Shown here one piece after another: positions 1 through 9,721 of a DNA stretch of 57,352 bases; within the stretch, counting starts at the first letter, position 1; every line of letters begins with the position of its first letter. Below the pieces are notes generated by a model that worked only from the letters and a program-made list of their open reading frames with translations, was not told where the DNA came from and searched no databases. The position numbers and the translations under genes were made by a program. Origin of the DNA: an uncultured Bacilli bacterium (GTDB lineage Bacteria; Bacillota_I; Bacilli_A; RF39; UBA660); assembly GCA_944358815.1 (NCBI GenBank), contig CALVRX010000013.1, forward strand, positions 1 through 57,352, in the 5' to 3' direction.

Positions 1-2
1 TA

Positions 3-113
3 TTTAATGTTGAAAACACAATATCATTATATGTAGCACCTATGTTTTTAACAATAGTACCATTAGTTTATGCAATTTATATAAATAAAAGCATAAAAAA
101 ACAAGACATATAA
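3..113 (+). CDS. 3' end of a membrane protein (partial, starts before window)
   Basis: Open frame FNVENTISLYVAPMFLTIVPLVYAIYINKSIKKQDI* ending TAA at 111-113; hydrophobic stretch followed by basic tail. Confidence 0.5.
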   Translation, partial: FNVENTISLYVAPMFLTIVPLVYAIYINKSIKKQDI

Positions 114-306
114 ATTACAATTTATCGATTAAATATCTATAAAAAATTTGTAGTTAAATTTTAGTTATTTTTTATAAAAAATAATTCAAATTTACTTATA
201 TTTAATCAAATTTATTCAAGCTCGCTCAAATTTTATAAATAATCAAAGTTCTTAAAAATAAAGGATTTTTTGATATTTTACACTATACTACTAATTAGAA
301 CTTTTT

Positions 307-350
307 TCATACCCGATAGGTTAAAGGTTCAAATTCCCCTCTCGATACCA
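307..350 (+). pseudogene. Degenerate 3' half of a tRNA (Met-like CAT anticodon region), possible att-site remnant
   Basis: TCATACCCGATAGGTTAAAGGTTCAAATTCCCCTCTCGATACCA has CAT, a GGTTCAAAT T-loop and an ACCA end at tRNA-like spacing, but the T-stem is mispaired and no 5' half is present upstream. Confidence 0.5.
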
Positions 351-412
351 ATATATAATTAACTAAATAGCAATATCTCATTTTTTACGCAAAAAGAAAA
401 AGGCTTAAAGCC

Positions 413-1252
413 TTATAGTTGTTTAAAGAATTGTTTTTTACAAACAACAAACATAACTGTTCCAGCTACGGCAACAACGCCAATTCCTAGAGCTACTGGC
501 ATACTAACACCAGTCTTTGGATTTTCAATATTTTCTTTTTTAGGAGTTTCAGTTGGAACTTGAACCGTTGGCTGAGTTGTAACTTCTGGCATCTCAGGAT
601 TAACAATTTGACCATTTCTTGAATCATATACTCCCGCTAACATTGTAAACTCTTGAGGAGTTCCAGTAGTCATATCAGTACCATTTAACCATAATACATA
701 TACATATCCATCTTCTAAAGTATTTTCATCAACACCAATCTCCCCAGTTTTCTCTGTATATGCTTCCCAATTTTCATCACTATAAGGAGCTACTTCAGCC
801 ACAATATTTGATAAATCTGTAAATACTTCAACAAAAAACTCATTAAGTATTTGGAATGTTTTTCCTATAATTCCATCATAAACTTTTTGAGCCATATCCA
901 AAGCAGCTTTATTTTCTGCTGTTGGATTTGCCTCATAAGCAGCTTCAGCAATATTTAAATTACTTTCAGCTTCTTCTGATTCTTTATTAAGATTTTCAAT
1001 CTTTTCTTTAAGCTCTGAGCTAATATAATCCACCGCATTATCTGAATAATCTTGTACCTTATTTTCAATAGCTTTATATTGTTCTTCAGTAATCTTTACT
1101 ATTTGATGTGATAATGACTCCCCATCTTCTAAAGTATAAGTAATTGAACTATCATTTAAATCAGTACTAAATTCAAATCCAATCGCGTTAACTTGAGTAA
1201 ATCCAATTAACATTGTCATCAATAAAAATCCAAATATTTTTAATTTTTTCAT
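413..1252 (-). CDS. Cell-wall-anchored protein with NPKTG sorting signal
   Basis: N-terminal signal peptide; Pro/Thr linker; ENPKTG, then hydrophobic helix and basic tail KKQFFKQL. Confidence 0.8.
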   Translation of the reverse strand: MKKLKIFGFLLMTMLIGFTQVNAIGFEFSTDLNDSSITYTLEDGESLSHQIVKITEEQYKAIENKVQDYSDNAVDYISSELKEKIENLNKESEEAESNLNIAEAAYEANPTAENKAALDMAQKVYDGIIGKTFQILNEFFVEVFTDLSNIVAEVAPYSDENWEAYTEKTGEIGVDENTLEDGYVYVLWLNGTDMTTGTPQEFTMLAGVYDSRNGQIVNPEMPEVTTQPTVQVPTETPKKENIENPKTGVSMPVALGIGVVAVAGTVMFVVCKKQFFKQL

Positions 1253-1379
1253 CCTCTCTCATCCTTTCCTATCATAAATATATCATATTCATTACACAAA
1301 TGCAACACGTTTTTATCACATTTACACGTTTACAATTAACTATAAAATATGATATTATTTATAATAAAGGGGACAAAAA

Positions 1380-2396
1380 ATGAAAAAAGAAAAAAAGAAT
1401 TATAACGTCAGTTATTATGATTATAATTTAGTTAAAGACAGCGCTAAAATGATTGATAAACACACCAATTATCAAAACAAAAATGTCATCATCAACATTC
1501 ATGATCATAACGGTGATGTCCTCCGAGACTTTAAAAGATTAAAAAAATTAACCAAACAATATAAAAATATTAAATTTAAAATCGTCTACTCTAAAGAATA
1601 TATAAAAAGAAATAGAAAAAAGCAAATTTTATTAAACTTAATCAAAATAATATTAATGTTAATCATAATAGCTACCATCGTATATTTTGCATTATTCTTC
1701 GTCGACCAAGATAAAGCTAAAGATCTATCAGACCACATAAAAAAATATAAACCAGAAATAACCACACCTGATAATAATCAACCTAATCAAACAGTCCCAG
1801 AAACACAAAATCAAGCCCCACAGATCCTAAACACATATAATAAAAACTACTCTAAAATGTTTTCTGAATTAAAAAAAATCAACACAGAAACCGTCGGCTG
1901 GCTTACTGTTAAAGATACCAACATCGACTACCCTGTTGTCAAACATTCCGATAACGATTACTATTTGCACAAAGATTTTGAAAATAATAATAACCGTTAT
2001 GGTTGGCTCTTTATGGATTATCGCAACACTGCCCCTACTTTAAGTCAAAACACTATAATATATGGTCATGATAGCGGTGGTGTCATGTTTGGAAATTTAT
2101 ATAAAGTTCTCTATAGAAAATGGTATACCAATAAAAATAATCAGAAAATAACTTTTAATACTGAAAATGAATCATCAACTTGGCAAATATTTTCAATATA
2201 TAAAATAGATACCACTACTGATTACTTAAAAACCACATTTACCGGTAATGAATTTAAAAACTTTGTACACATGATTACCCAAAGAAGTATCTATAACTTC
2301 AATGTTCCAGTATCAACTAACGATAAAATACTAACGTTATCAACCTGCCATGGAGATAAACAAAGATTAGTTGTCCACGCAAAAAAGCTCTCATGA
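1380..2396 (+). CDS. srtB: Class B sortase with N-terminal extension
   Basis: TM anchor; IDYPVV...DNDYYL, NTIIYGH, LTLSTC and RLVVHAK sortase B motifs. Confidence 0.9.
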   Translation: MKKEKKNYNVSYYDYNLVKDSAKMIDKHTNYQNKNVIINIHDHNGDVLRDFKRLKKLTKQYKNIKFKIVYSKEYIKRNRKKQILLNLIKIILMLIIIATIVYFALFFVDQDKAKDLSDHIKKYKPEITTPDNNQPNQTVPETQNQAPQILNTYNKNYSKMFSELKKINTETVGWLTVKDTNIDYPVVKHSDNDYYLHKDFENNNNRYGWLFMDYRNTAPTLSQNTIIYGHDSGGVMFGNLYKVLYRKWYTNKNNQKITFNTENESSTWQIFSIYKIDTTTDYLKTTFTGNEFKNFVHMITQRSIYNFNVPVSTNDKILTLSTCHGDKQRLVVHAKKLS

Positions 2397-2406
2397 GCTT
2401 TTTTTA
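2384..2406 (+). terminator. Intrinsic terminator overlapping the srtB stop codon
   Basis: AAAGCTC-TCAT-GAGCTTT hairpin followed by T-run. Confidence 0.7.
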
Positions 2407-2409
2407 TTT

Positions 2410-2730
2410 CTAATTGATAAGAATTTAACTGTCTTCCATCACATTCAAACTATAATATTCTCCATCAAACAGTTTAATTATTAACTGTCACATAATTATT
2501 TGGATTGACTCATTTATAAAAAAATTATCTTCATATTCATCTTTATAAAGTCCATATACACTGATCACTATATCTACATTATCTAATATCTATTCCTCAT
2601 CAGATGAACATAAACACATTATTCATAAAGATCAGCTATGACTTCTGGTACATCGGCACTTAAAAATCCACTCATTTTATTATCATAAGACACATCATTA
2701 AAAAAAGTAACTACCACATATAACTATGAT
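2410..2730 (-). pseudogene. Decayed paralog of the N-terminal/middle part of the 56530..57352 protein
   Basis: Minus-strand fragments NDVSYDNKMSGFLSADVPEVIADLYE*, ILDNVDIVISVYGLYKDEYED and NPNNYVTVNN align to SGMQASDVQGAIDELY, ILDNTDIVTSGDGLYKDEYED and NPNNYVTFND; interrupted by stops and frameshifts. Confidence 0.75.
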
Positions 2731-2951
2731 ACATTCAAATACAACAATTTTTAAAATAAAACTTATAAATGTTTTTTAGATATTTAACTTCACTTTAGTT
2801 ATTTATGATTATTAAATTATGTTTATTTTACTAGGCTTAAAGCCTAGTTTACCTAGTTTTTTTATTAGAAATATCTAATACTTTTTTATTTTAAAACCAA
2901 ATGGTATAATTATCTCAATCACAACCAGTAAATTATAAAGGAGACTATAAT

Positions 2952-3416
2952 ATGAATTTATATGACATTTTTATACAATTAAATATAAAATTTGAAGAAA
3001 TAAAACATGAACCAGTTTTTACCATCAAACAAGCACAAACAATAAAAAATAAAATAGATGGAACTGGATGCAAAAATTTATTCTTGACAGATAAAAAAGG
3101 TAAATATTTTTTAATAATATTACAAGAAAATAAAAAAGCTAATATTAAAGAAATAGCAAAAATAGTTAATACATCACATTTATCCTTTACAAAAATTTCA
3201 GAATTAAAAGATATTTTACATTTAGAAAAAGGTAGTGTTACACCATTTGGTATAATTAATGACATTACTAACAAAGTCTTATTAGTAATAGATAAAGATT
3301 TAAAGGGCAAAAAATTACTATTTCATCCAAATGTAAATAATAAAACAATTTCTATTACCTATGATGATTTAATAAAATTTATTCAATTTGAAAAGCACCA
3401 TTATATAAATATTTAA
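2952..3416 (+). CDS. YbaK/ProX-family prolyl-tRNA editing domain protein
   Basis: HEPVFT, GCKNLFLTD, GSVTPFG and FHPNVN motifs; GAGGAG RBS. Confidence 0.85.
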   Translation: MNLYDIFIQLNIKFEEIKHEPVFTIKQAQTIKNKIDGTGCKNLFLTDKKGKYFLIILQENKKANIKEIAKIVNTSHLSFTKISELKDILHLEKGSVTPFGIINDITNKVLLVIDKDLKGKKLLFHPNVNNKTISITYDDLIKFIQFEKHHYINI

Positions 3417-3544
3417 AAAATTACAATAAACAGGATAAAAATATCAAATTTATATTATAATTAATCTTATTGCTTTATATATTTTTATAATATAGTTTAT
3501 AAAAATATTTTTAATTTATATAGTAAATAACTATAAAATCAGCA

Positions 3545-3573
3545 AAAAACTAGATATTCAAAATCTAGTTTTT
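3545..3573. terminator. Bidirectional intrinsic terminator
   Basis: AAAAAACTAGAT-ATTCAAA-ATCTAGTTTTT inverted repeat between convergent genes. Confidence 0.7.
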
Positions 3574-3574
3574 C

Positions 3575-5232
3575 TTAAAATAAACCATAAATTGTTCCAT
3601 CATCATCAATTTTCATATTTTCATAAGCAGGTTGTTTAGATAAACCAGGCATCGTCATAATCTTACCCATATAAACGACAATAAACCCAGCTCCACTATT
3701 GACCTTCACATCACGGACTGTAATCTCATAGTCTTTTGGATAACCTAATTTCTTTGGATCATCACTGATTGAATACTGAGTTTTTGCCACACAAATTGGT
3801 AGTTTATCTAAGCCCAATTTCTCAATACTCTTAATACCCTCTTCCGCTAAAGACAAATATTGAACAATGCCCGCATGATAAATTTCTCTTGATACCTTTT
3901 CAATCTTTTCCTTAATAGATTCATTTTCATCATAAAGTAAATGAAACTCTTTTTCATTATCACACATTTTAACTATTTTTAAAGCCAAATCTAAAGCGCC
4001 TTCACCACCTTTAGCATAAGAATCAGAAATAGCAAACTCACATCCTAAATTTTCACAATATTGTTTAACAAATTCCATTTCTTCATCGTCATCGTAAATA
4101 AACTTATTCAAACAAACAATGACATTATCCAAATACTTCTTCATATTTTCTACATGAACCTTTAAATTACAAATACCCTTAGCTAAATATTTCATATTTT
4201 TAATATTAAGCTCATCTTTCATCATTCCGCCATTATATTTTAAACTACGTATTGTCGTATTAACTACTATTACACTTGGTTTTAAATGACCATATCGACA
4301 CTTAATATCCAAAAACTTTTCTGCCCCTAAATCTGCTCCAAAACCAGCTTCTGTGACAACATAATCAGCTAATTTCAGTCCCAGTTTAGTCGCAATTAAG
4401 CTATTACATCCGTGTGCAATATTCGCAAAAGGTCCACCATGAATAATCACTGGATTATTTTCCAAAGTCTGTACCAAATTAGGTTTTATCGCATCTTTAA
4501 GTAAAATTGTCATTGCCTCTTCTACTTTTAAATCTTTAACATATAAAGGATTACCATCCATATCATAAGCAAATAAAATATTACTAATTTTTTCTTTTAA
4601 ATCTTTTAAATCATGAGCTAAACACAAAATTGCCATAATTTCAGTCGCTACTGTAATACAAAAATGATTTTCATGAGACACATCCTTGCCTAAATCTAAT
4701 CCAACAGTCACTGTTCTAAGCGCTCTATCATTCATATCTACACAGCGATTAAATAAAATTCTATCCTTATCGATATTTAAACTATTACCTTGAAATAAAT
4801 GATTATCAATGGCTGCACAAAGTAAATTATTCGCAGCTCCAATAGCGTGCATATCTCCAGTAAAATGTAAATTTATATCTTCCATAGGAATAACCTGTGA
4901 ATATCCACCACCAGCCGCTCCTCCTTTAATTCCAAAACAGGTCCTAAAGAAGGTTCTCTAAGCACAGCAACACTGTTATATCCAGCCCTCCTCATTGCAT
5001 CGTGAATTCCAATACTCATAGTTGTCTTACCTTCCCCAAATGGTGTAGGATTAATAGACGTTACTAAAATCAATTTCCCATCATTTTTTTTCAAATCATT
5101 TAAAATACCTAAATCAATTTTAGCTTTATATTTTCCAAAACATTCTAAATACTTATCCCCAATATTTAATTTTTTAGCAACATCGCCAATCTTAAGCATC
5201 TTTGAACTTCTCGCAATTTCAATATCTGTCAT
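3575..5232 (-). pseudogene. fhs: Formate-tetrahydrofolate ligase split by a single-base frameshift (real lesion or sequencing error)
   Basis: ORFs 4873..5232 (MTDIEIA, PTPFGEGKTT, LREPSLGP) and 3575..4885 (DINLHFTGD, HGGPFANIAHG, TEAGFGADLG, MTMPGL). One T is missing in the run at 4934-4937; restoring it gives GPVFGIKGGAAGGGY. Confidence 0.9.
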
Positions 5233-5264
5233 CCAATCACCTCTTACAGATATTATATCAAAGA

Positions 5265-6038
5265 TTAATAAAATAAGTTAAACATTTTTGCAAATAAATT
5301 ATGTGAAAAAGGCGCCGAATAACGAAACTTAGGCTTTTCATCTCCAATTGCCTTAAAAATCTTATTTGCAATAGTATTCAAATTTCTCTTTTCAAATAAC
5401 CACAAATAAATATTCTCATATTTTCTAATTAATTCTATTTGTGAAGCAAAAAAAGAATCATTATCCATAAATTCATACTTCTTATCGAAAGCTAATTTAT
5501 TAAATCCTGTTCTATATAAACCAGGTTCTACTAAAACTATGTCTATATTAGACTTTAAAAGCATACTTTCATAATATAATACTCTTGCCATCACCGATAA
5601 AGCTGCCTTACTAGCGCAGTAACTTCCTAAAAAAGGCAGAGGCATCTTACTCGTTAAAGAAGATATAATAACAATTCTTCCTTCACCTTTATAAATCATA
5701 TTTTTAATAACCTTCTGTATAATATTCAAATTAGCAAAAACATTTACTTCAAAATTTTCCCGCACCTTATCTAATGGTATTTCCATAAGTGACCCACCTT
5801 CTGCAATTGCGCCATTTAACACTAAAACATCAATATCTAAACTATCTAATTTATCCGCATCCTTTACCATATCGAGCTTCAAACATTCAATATTATCACA
5901 ATTTTTATATAATTTTTTAACACTCTTAAGTTCACTTTCTGTATGCACTGTCACATAAACATAATAATCTTTAAGCCTTTGAATAACCGGATAAATCATC
6001 CCACTACGTGCTCCTGTAATTAAAATTTTTTTCATCAT
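5265..6038 (-). CDS. Short-chain dehydrogenase/reductase
   Basis: ILITGARSG, VLNGA, FEVNV and YCASK (YxxxK) motifs; start moved to ATG downstream of AAGGGTGA. Confidence 0.85.
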   Translation of the reverse strand: MMKKILITGARSGMIYPVIQRLKDYYVYVTVHTESELKSVKKLYKNCDNIECLKLDMVKDADKLDSLDIDVLVLNGAIAEGGSLMEIPLDKVRENFEVNVFANLNIIQKVIKNMIYKGEGRIVIISSLTSKMPLPFLGSYCASKAALSVMARVLYYESMLLKSNIDIVLVEPGLYRTGFNKLAFDKKYEFMDNDSFFASQIELIRKYENIYLWLFEKRNLNTIANKIFKAIGDEKPKFRYSAPFSHNLFAKMFNLFY

Positions 6039-6081
6039 ATCACCCTTATTAATTTCCCCCGAAAAAATCAAAATATACAAT

Positions 6082-6110
6082 TTGACAGTCAAATAAATAA
6101 CGTGTATAAT
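6082..6110 (+). promoter_or_regulatory. Consensus sigma-A promoter
   Basis: TTGACA-17 bp-TATAAT with a TG upstream of the -10, preceding GAGGAGG and ATG at 6141. Confidence 0.8.
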
Positions 6111-6140
6111 ACGTTTACTGAAATTTTGAGGAGGCTATTT

Positions 6141-6725
6141 ATGAATAATTCTGAATTTTATAACACTATATCTTTAATTCATGATCATCAAAATACTGTT
6201 GCACTAATCAATATTAAAGAATTTAAAAAACTAGAACGTATAAATGGTGAATATAAATGGACCCCTTTAAAAATAGGTAACATGCCAGCTATTCCCATAC
6301 TAACTAGTGATTTTAAAGAATGCTTTCGTTCGACAAAAGAACAAGTCAGCATCAGAATAACCCCAATATGGAAATATTTATCTAATGGGGAAAAAGTTAT
6401 TACTCCAAATATCGAAAAATTCGAATTAATTGAAAACAGTGGTGCACAAAATCGTTATTCTTTATCTAGAATAATTAATCCTAACCATCACTATTTATCT
6501 AACTCTACTTGGAAAACCCTTTTTGATCAAACATTTGCCACTAGACAAAATGCTATTGAATGGAACAAAAGTAATAGATCTACTTTACTATCACCTATAG
6601 ATAATACTATCTTAAATGCCTACTTAGAAACATACAAAAATGAATTAGCAGAATTTAACCAAATTTACGAACAAAGTGCTAAAGTAGCTCACGAATTAAG
6701 AAGCTATCAAAAGAAATTAAAATAA
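6141..6725 (+). CDS. Hypothetical protein (orphan, basic C-terminal tail QKKLK)
   Basis: Own promoter, strong RBS and terminator; no recognisable domain. Confidence 0.75.
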   Translation: MNNSEFYNTISLIHDHQNTVALINIKEFKKLERINGEYKWTPLKIGNMPAIPILTSDFKECFRSTKEQVSIRITPIWKYLSNGEKVITPNIEKFELIENSGAQNRYSLSRIINPNHHYLSNSTWKTLFDQTFATRQNAIEWNKSNRSTLLSPIDNTILNAYLETYKNELAEFNQIYEQSAKVAHELRSYQKKLK

Positions 6726-6751
6726 AGACTTGCCATTAAGGTAAGTCTTTA
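6723..6751. terminator. Bidirectional terminator
   Basis: TAAAGACTTGCC-ATTAA-GGTAAGTCTTTA inverted repeat between convergent genes. Confidence 0.75.
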
Positions 6752-6755
6752 TTCA

Positions 6756-6917
6756 TTACATCATATTATCTAACTTATTTGTTAAATTATTTGCACCATC
6801 AGCCACATCATCAAAAGCATTTTTCATAGCCTTCATCATCGGCTTATTATACTTTTGATAAACCAGTGTCAGTGCACTACCCATTGCCATTAACGCAACA
6901 CTTTTCATCATTTTCAT
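6756..6917 (-). CDS. Small YrzQ/DUF3918-like membrane protein (53 aa, not in ORF track)
   Basis: MKMMKSVALMAMGSALTLVYQKYNKPMMKAMKNAFDDVADGANNLTNKLDNMM*; AGGTGA RBS; downstream of recD2, as yrzQ is in B. subtilis. Confidence 0.6.
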   Translation of the reverse strand: MKMMKSVALMAMGSALTLVYQKYNKPMMKAMKNAFDDVADGANNLTNKLDNMM

Positions 6918-6956
6918 TATATCACCTACTTGTCAGAAACATGATGTGTATGTCTT

Positions 6957-9191
6957 TTAACATACATTTTTATTGTTTCCACTCATTTCAAATTTATACT
7001 TTATTTTTTCTAAAAGTTTTGAATTTCTGACATATTCATGATTATTTTGTACACTTAGTAAAAAAGCATCCGGTTCACCAATTATAATCAATTTCTTCTT
7101 AGCCCTAGTTACACCAGTATAAACTAACTTTTTATAAAGCATTCGTCTATATGAATGTGCCATCGGCATAATTACCATTTCAAATTCACTACCTTGACTC
7201 TTATGAATACTAATTATAAAACCATGTTTTATTTTATTAAAATCTTTAGGTGTATACTTTACTAAATTTCCTTCAAAATCTACATATATTTCATCTTTTT
7301 TACTCTTACTAGTATTACCATATTTAATATACTTAATAACTCCTATATCGCCATTAAATACATTCTCATCCGGCATATTCACTAACTGTAAAATTTTATC
7401 GTTCTCTCTAAAAATAACCTCACCTACTTTAACTTCTCTTTTCTCACTACTAGGTGGATTAAACACATTTTGTAACTCCTTATTTAAAGCATCAATACCA
7501 TTTTCTCCTTTATACATAGGCGCTAAAATCTGCAACCTTTTATAATCATATCCTTTTTCTATGACCTTCTCACAAAGCCTCATCAAATTACTTTTTATAT
7601 AATTTGCTGAACATTTTAAAAAAGTATAATCATTATATGTATTTAAATAATTTTCACTTAAATTTCCATCTTTTATTTCATAAGCTAGTGAAATAATATA
7701 AGAATCTTCATCTTGTCTATATAAATGATTTAAATGTACAACATCCAGTACATCACTACAAATTAAATCTTTAAGTAAATTACCTGGTCCCACACTAGGT
7801 AATTGGTCATAATCACCTACCAAAATCATTTTAACATTTCTTTTAAGTCCTTTAAGCAAACTATCAAACAAATTAATATCTATCATACTAACTTCATCGA
7901 TAATTACCAACTCTACATTTGACTTATTTTCCTCATTAACCATAAATTTTTCATCATCTTTATTCCATTTTAAAAATCTATGAATAGTCGATGCCGGTAA
8001 AAAAGTCGATTCACTCATTCTCTTACTTGCTCTACCAGTAGGCGCTAAAAGAGCTAATTTTTCAGTAAACTCATCGTAATCAAGTTTATTAACATGTTGA
8101 TATAATTCAGTAATTGCTTTTATAATGGTTGTTTTTCCAGTACCTGGTCCTCCAGTAATAATCAAAATATTATCTTCTAAAGCCTTAATAATCGCTTTTC
8201 TCTGTTCATCGTTATACTTAATACTATTAATTTTTTCAAGTTCACTAAGTAACTTATCTAAATTCTTATACTTTTTAGCTTCTCTCGATGACATATCATA
8301 TAACCTATCTACAATATTCGCCTCTGCCTGCCAAATCTCTTCTAAATAAAAATCTTCACCATCGATAACAATATACTCATTCTCTTCTAAATCCTTAAAT
8401 AATTCATCATAATTATCATAATCTACATTTAAAAATTTATTCACGTTGTAAATAATTACCTCTTTACTCAAAAAACTATCGCCATTTTGATATATCAATT
8501 TTTTCATTATATACAAAATTGCCGCTTTTAATCGCTTACTATCCATTTTATCTACATCTAAAAGCAAAGCCGCCTTATCCACTTTTAAAAAAGAAATCTC
8601 TGGTATATTATAAACTATTTGATAAATATTATTGTTTATAATCATATCTGTATTAGACTTATATTCGTTGTAAATACTAAGAGCATCTTTCATCGAAAAA
8701 CCAAGATCAATAAGTTGCGAAATTACTTTATGACTTTCTTCATATTTTCTCAAAGTATTTACTATTTTTTTAATCTTATTTTCCGAAAGTTTAGGCACTA
8801 AATAAAGAACACTCTCATCTTCTAAAATCCTATCTATAGCCTCATCACCTAAAACGTCAGCAATTTGTGTAGCTAATTTTTCACCAACACCCGGAAATAA
8901 ATCACTAGATAAAAAAGTAACTATTGCATCCTTACCAGTCGGTTTTAATCGTTCATACCTTTTAGCTTGAAATTGCAAACCATATCTTGGATGATTAACA
9001 GCTTCCCCATATAAAACATAAGTATCATCCTCATTTAATTCATGGAAATAACCAGTAAAAGTAATTGTATGATTGACATATTCTTCCATCATCTCATCAT
9101 TAGTCTCTCTTACTTTAAAAATACCAATCACATAACCTTTATCGGATTTAAAAATACTTCGTCTAAAATTTCCTTTGATGAAACTTTCCAT
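6957..9191 (-). CDS. recD2: ATP-dependent RecD2 helicase
   Basis: N-terminal HPRYGLQF and HhH (FPGVGEK); Walker A GGPGTGKT, DEVSM, GDYDQLPSVG, SIHKSQGSE, YTGVTRAK. Confidence 0.95.
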   Translation of the reverse strand: MESFIKGNFRRSIFKSDKGYVIGIFKVRETNDEMMEEYVNHTITFTGYFHELNEDDTYVLYGEAVNHPRYGLQFQAKRYERLKPTGKDAIVTFLSSDLFPGVGEKLATQIADVLGDEAIDRILEDESVLYLVPKLSENKIKKIVNTLRKYEESHKVISQLIDLGFSMKDALSIYNEYKSNTDMIINNNIYQIVYNIPEISFLKVDKAALLLDVDKMDSKRLKAAILYIMKKLIYQNGDSFLSKEVIIYNVNKFLNVDYDNYDELFKDLEENEYIVIDGEDFYLEEIWQAEANIVDRLYDMSSREAKKYKNLDKLLSELEKINSIKYNDEQRKAIIKALEDNILIITGGPGTGKTTIIKAITELYQHVNKLDYDEFTEKLALLAPTGRASKRMSESTFLPASTIHRFLKWNKDDEKFMVNEENKSNVELVIIDEVSMIDINLFDSLLKGLKRNVKMILVGDYDQLPSVGPGNLLKDLICSDVLDVVHLNHLYRQDEDSYIISLAYEIKDGNLSENYLNTYNDYTFLKCSANYIKSNLMRLCEKVIEKGYDYKRLQILAPMYKGENGIDALNKELQNVFNPPSSEKREVKVGEVIFRENDKILQLVNMPDENVFNGDIGVIKYIKYGNTSKSKKDEIYVDFEGNLVKYTPKDFNKIKHGFIISIHKSQGSEFEMVIMPMAHSYRRMLYKKLVYTGVTRAKKKLIIIGEPDAFLLSVQNNHEYVRNSKLLEKIKYKFEMSGNNKNVC

Positions 9192-9259
9192 AATAATCAT
9201 CCCTTCAGTTTTAATTTGCAAATTATAATAAATAACCTAAAAGAAAAAGGCTATAAAGC

Positions 9260-9682
9260 CTATTTAGTCTTACCTGGTAAATTAATATAACCACTGGCTA
9301 TATATTGATTAGCCCTTTGTTGTGCATCCGTTCTATCTATCTGTCCAAAACGATTACCTTGTTCATCGACAAAATAGCCAGTGCCATTACGCATAATTTC
9401 AAATTTAATACCAGGATATTGATGAAGATCTTCACTATAAACTACTTGATAAGCCGCCTCGGCATTTTGTTGTTGAATATGTGTTTGATAAGCTACTCCC
9501 CCTAAAGCAGCGGCTGCTATCGCTGCTGCTACCAATGCTGTCTTTATTTTCCCAGTCATATCTTTTCTATAATCATAAACCATTTTAGGTTGTGGTAAAG
9601 AAGATATTCTTATCTTATATTCATTATTAGCCATACTAGGATTCATATTATTTCTCACTAAATTATTAGAATATTCGTTCAT
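9260..9682 (-). CDS. Hypothetical single-pass membrane protein
   Basis: Ala-rich TM ALVAAAIAAAALGGVAY; GAGGTG RBS. Confidence 0.7.
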   Translation of the reverse strand: MNEYSNNLVRNNMNPSMANNEYKIRISSLPQPKMVYDYRKDMTGKIKTALVAAAIAAAALGGVAYQTHIQQQNAEAAYQVVYSEDLHQYPGIKFEIMRNGTGYFVDEQGNRFGQIDRTDAQQRANQYIASGYINLPGKTK

Positions 9683-9721
9683 GATAACACCTCTATAATT
9701 TATTATAACAAAAATATTAAT

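Noticed and set aside
4873-4940. Programmed ribosomal frameshift in fhs
   Set aside because: No canonical slippery heptamer or stimulatory structure; a homopolymer indel is the simpler explanation.
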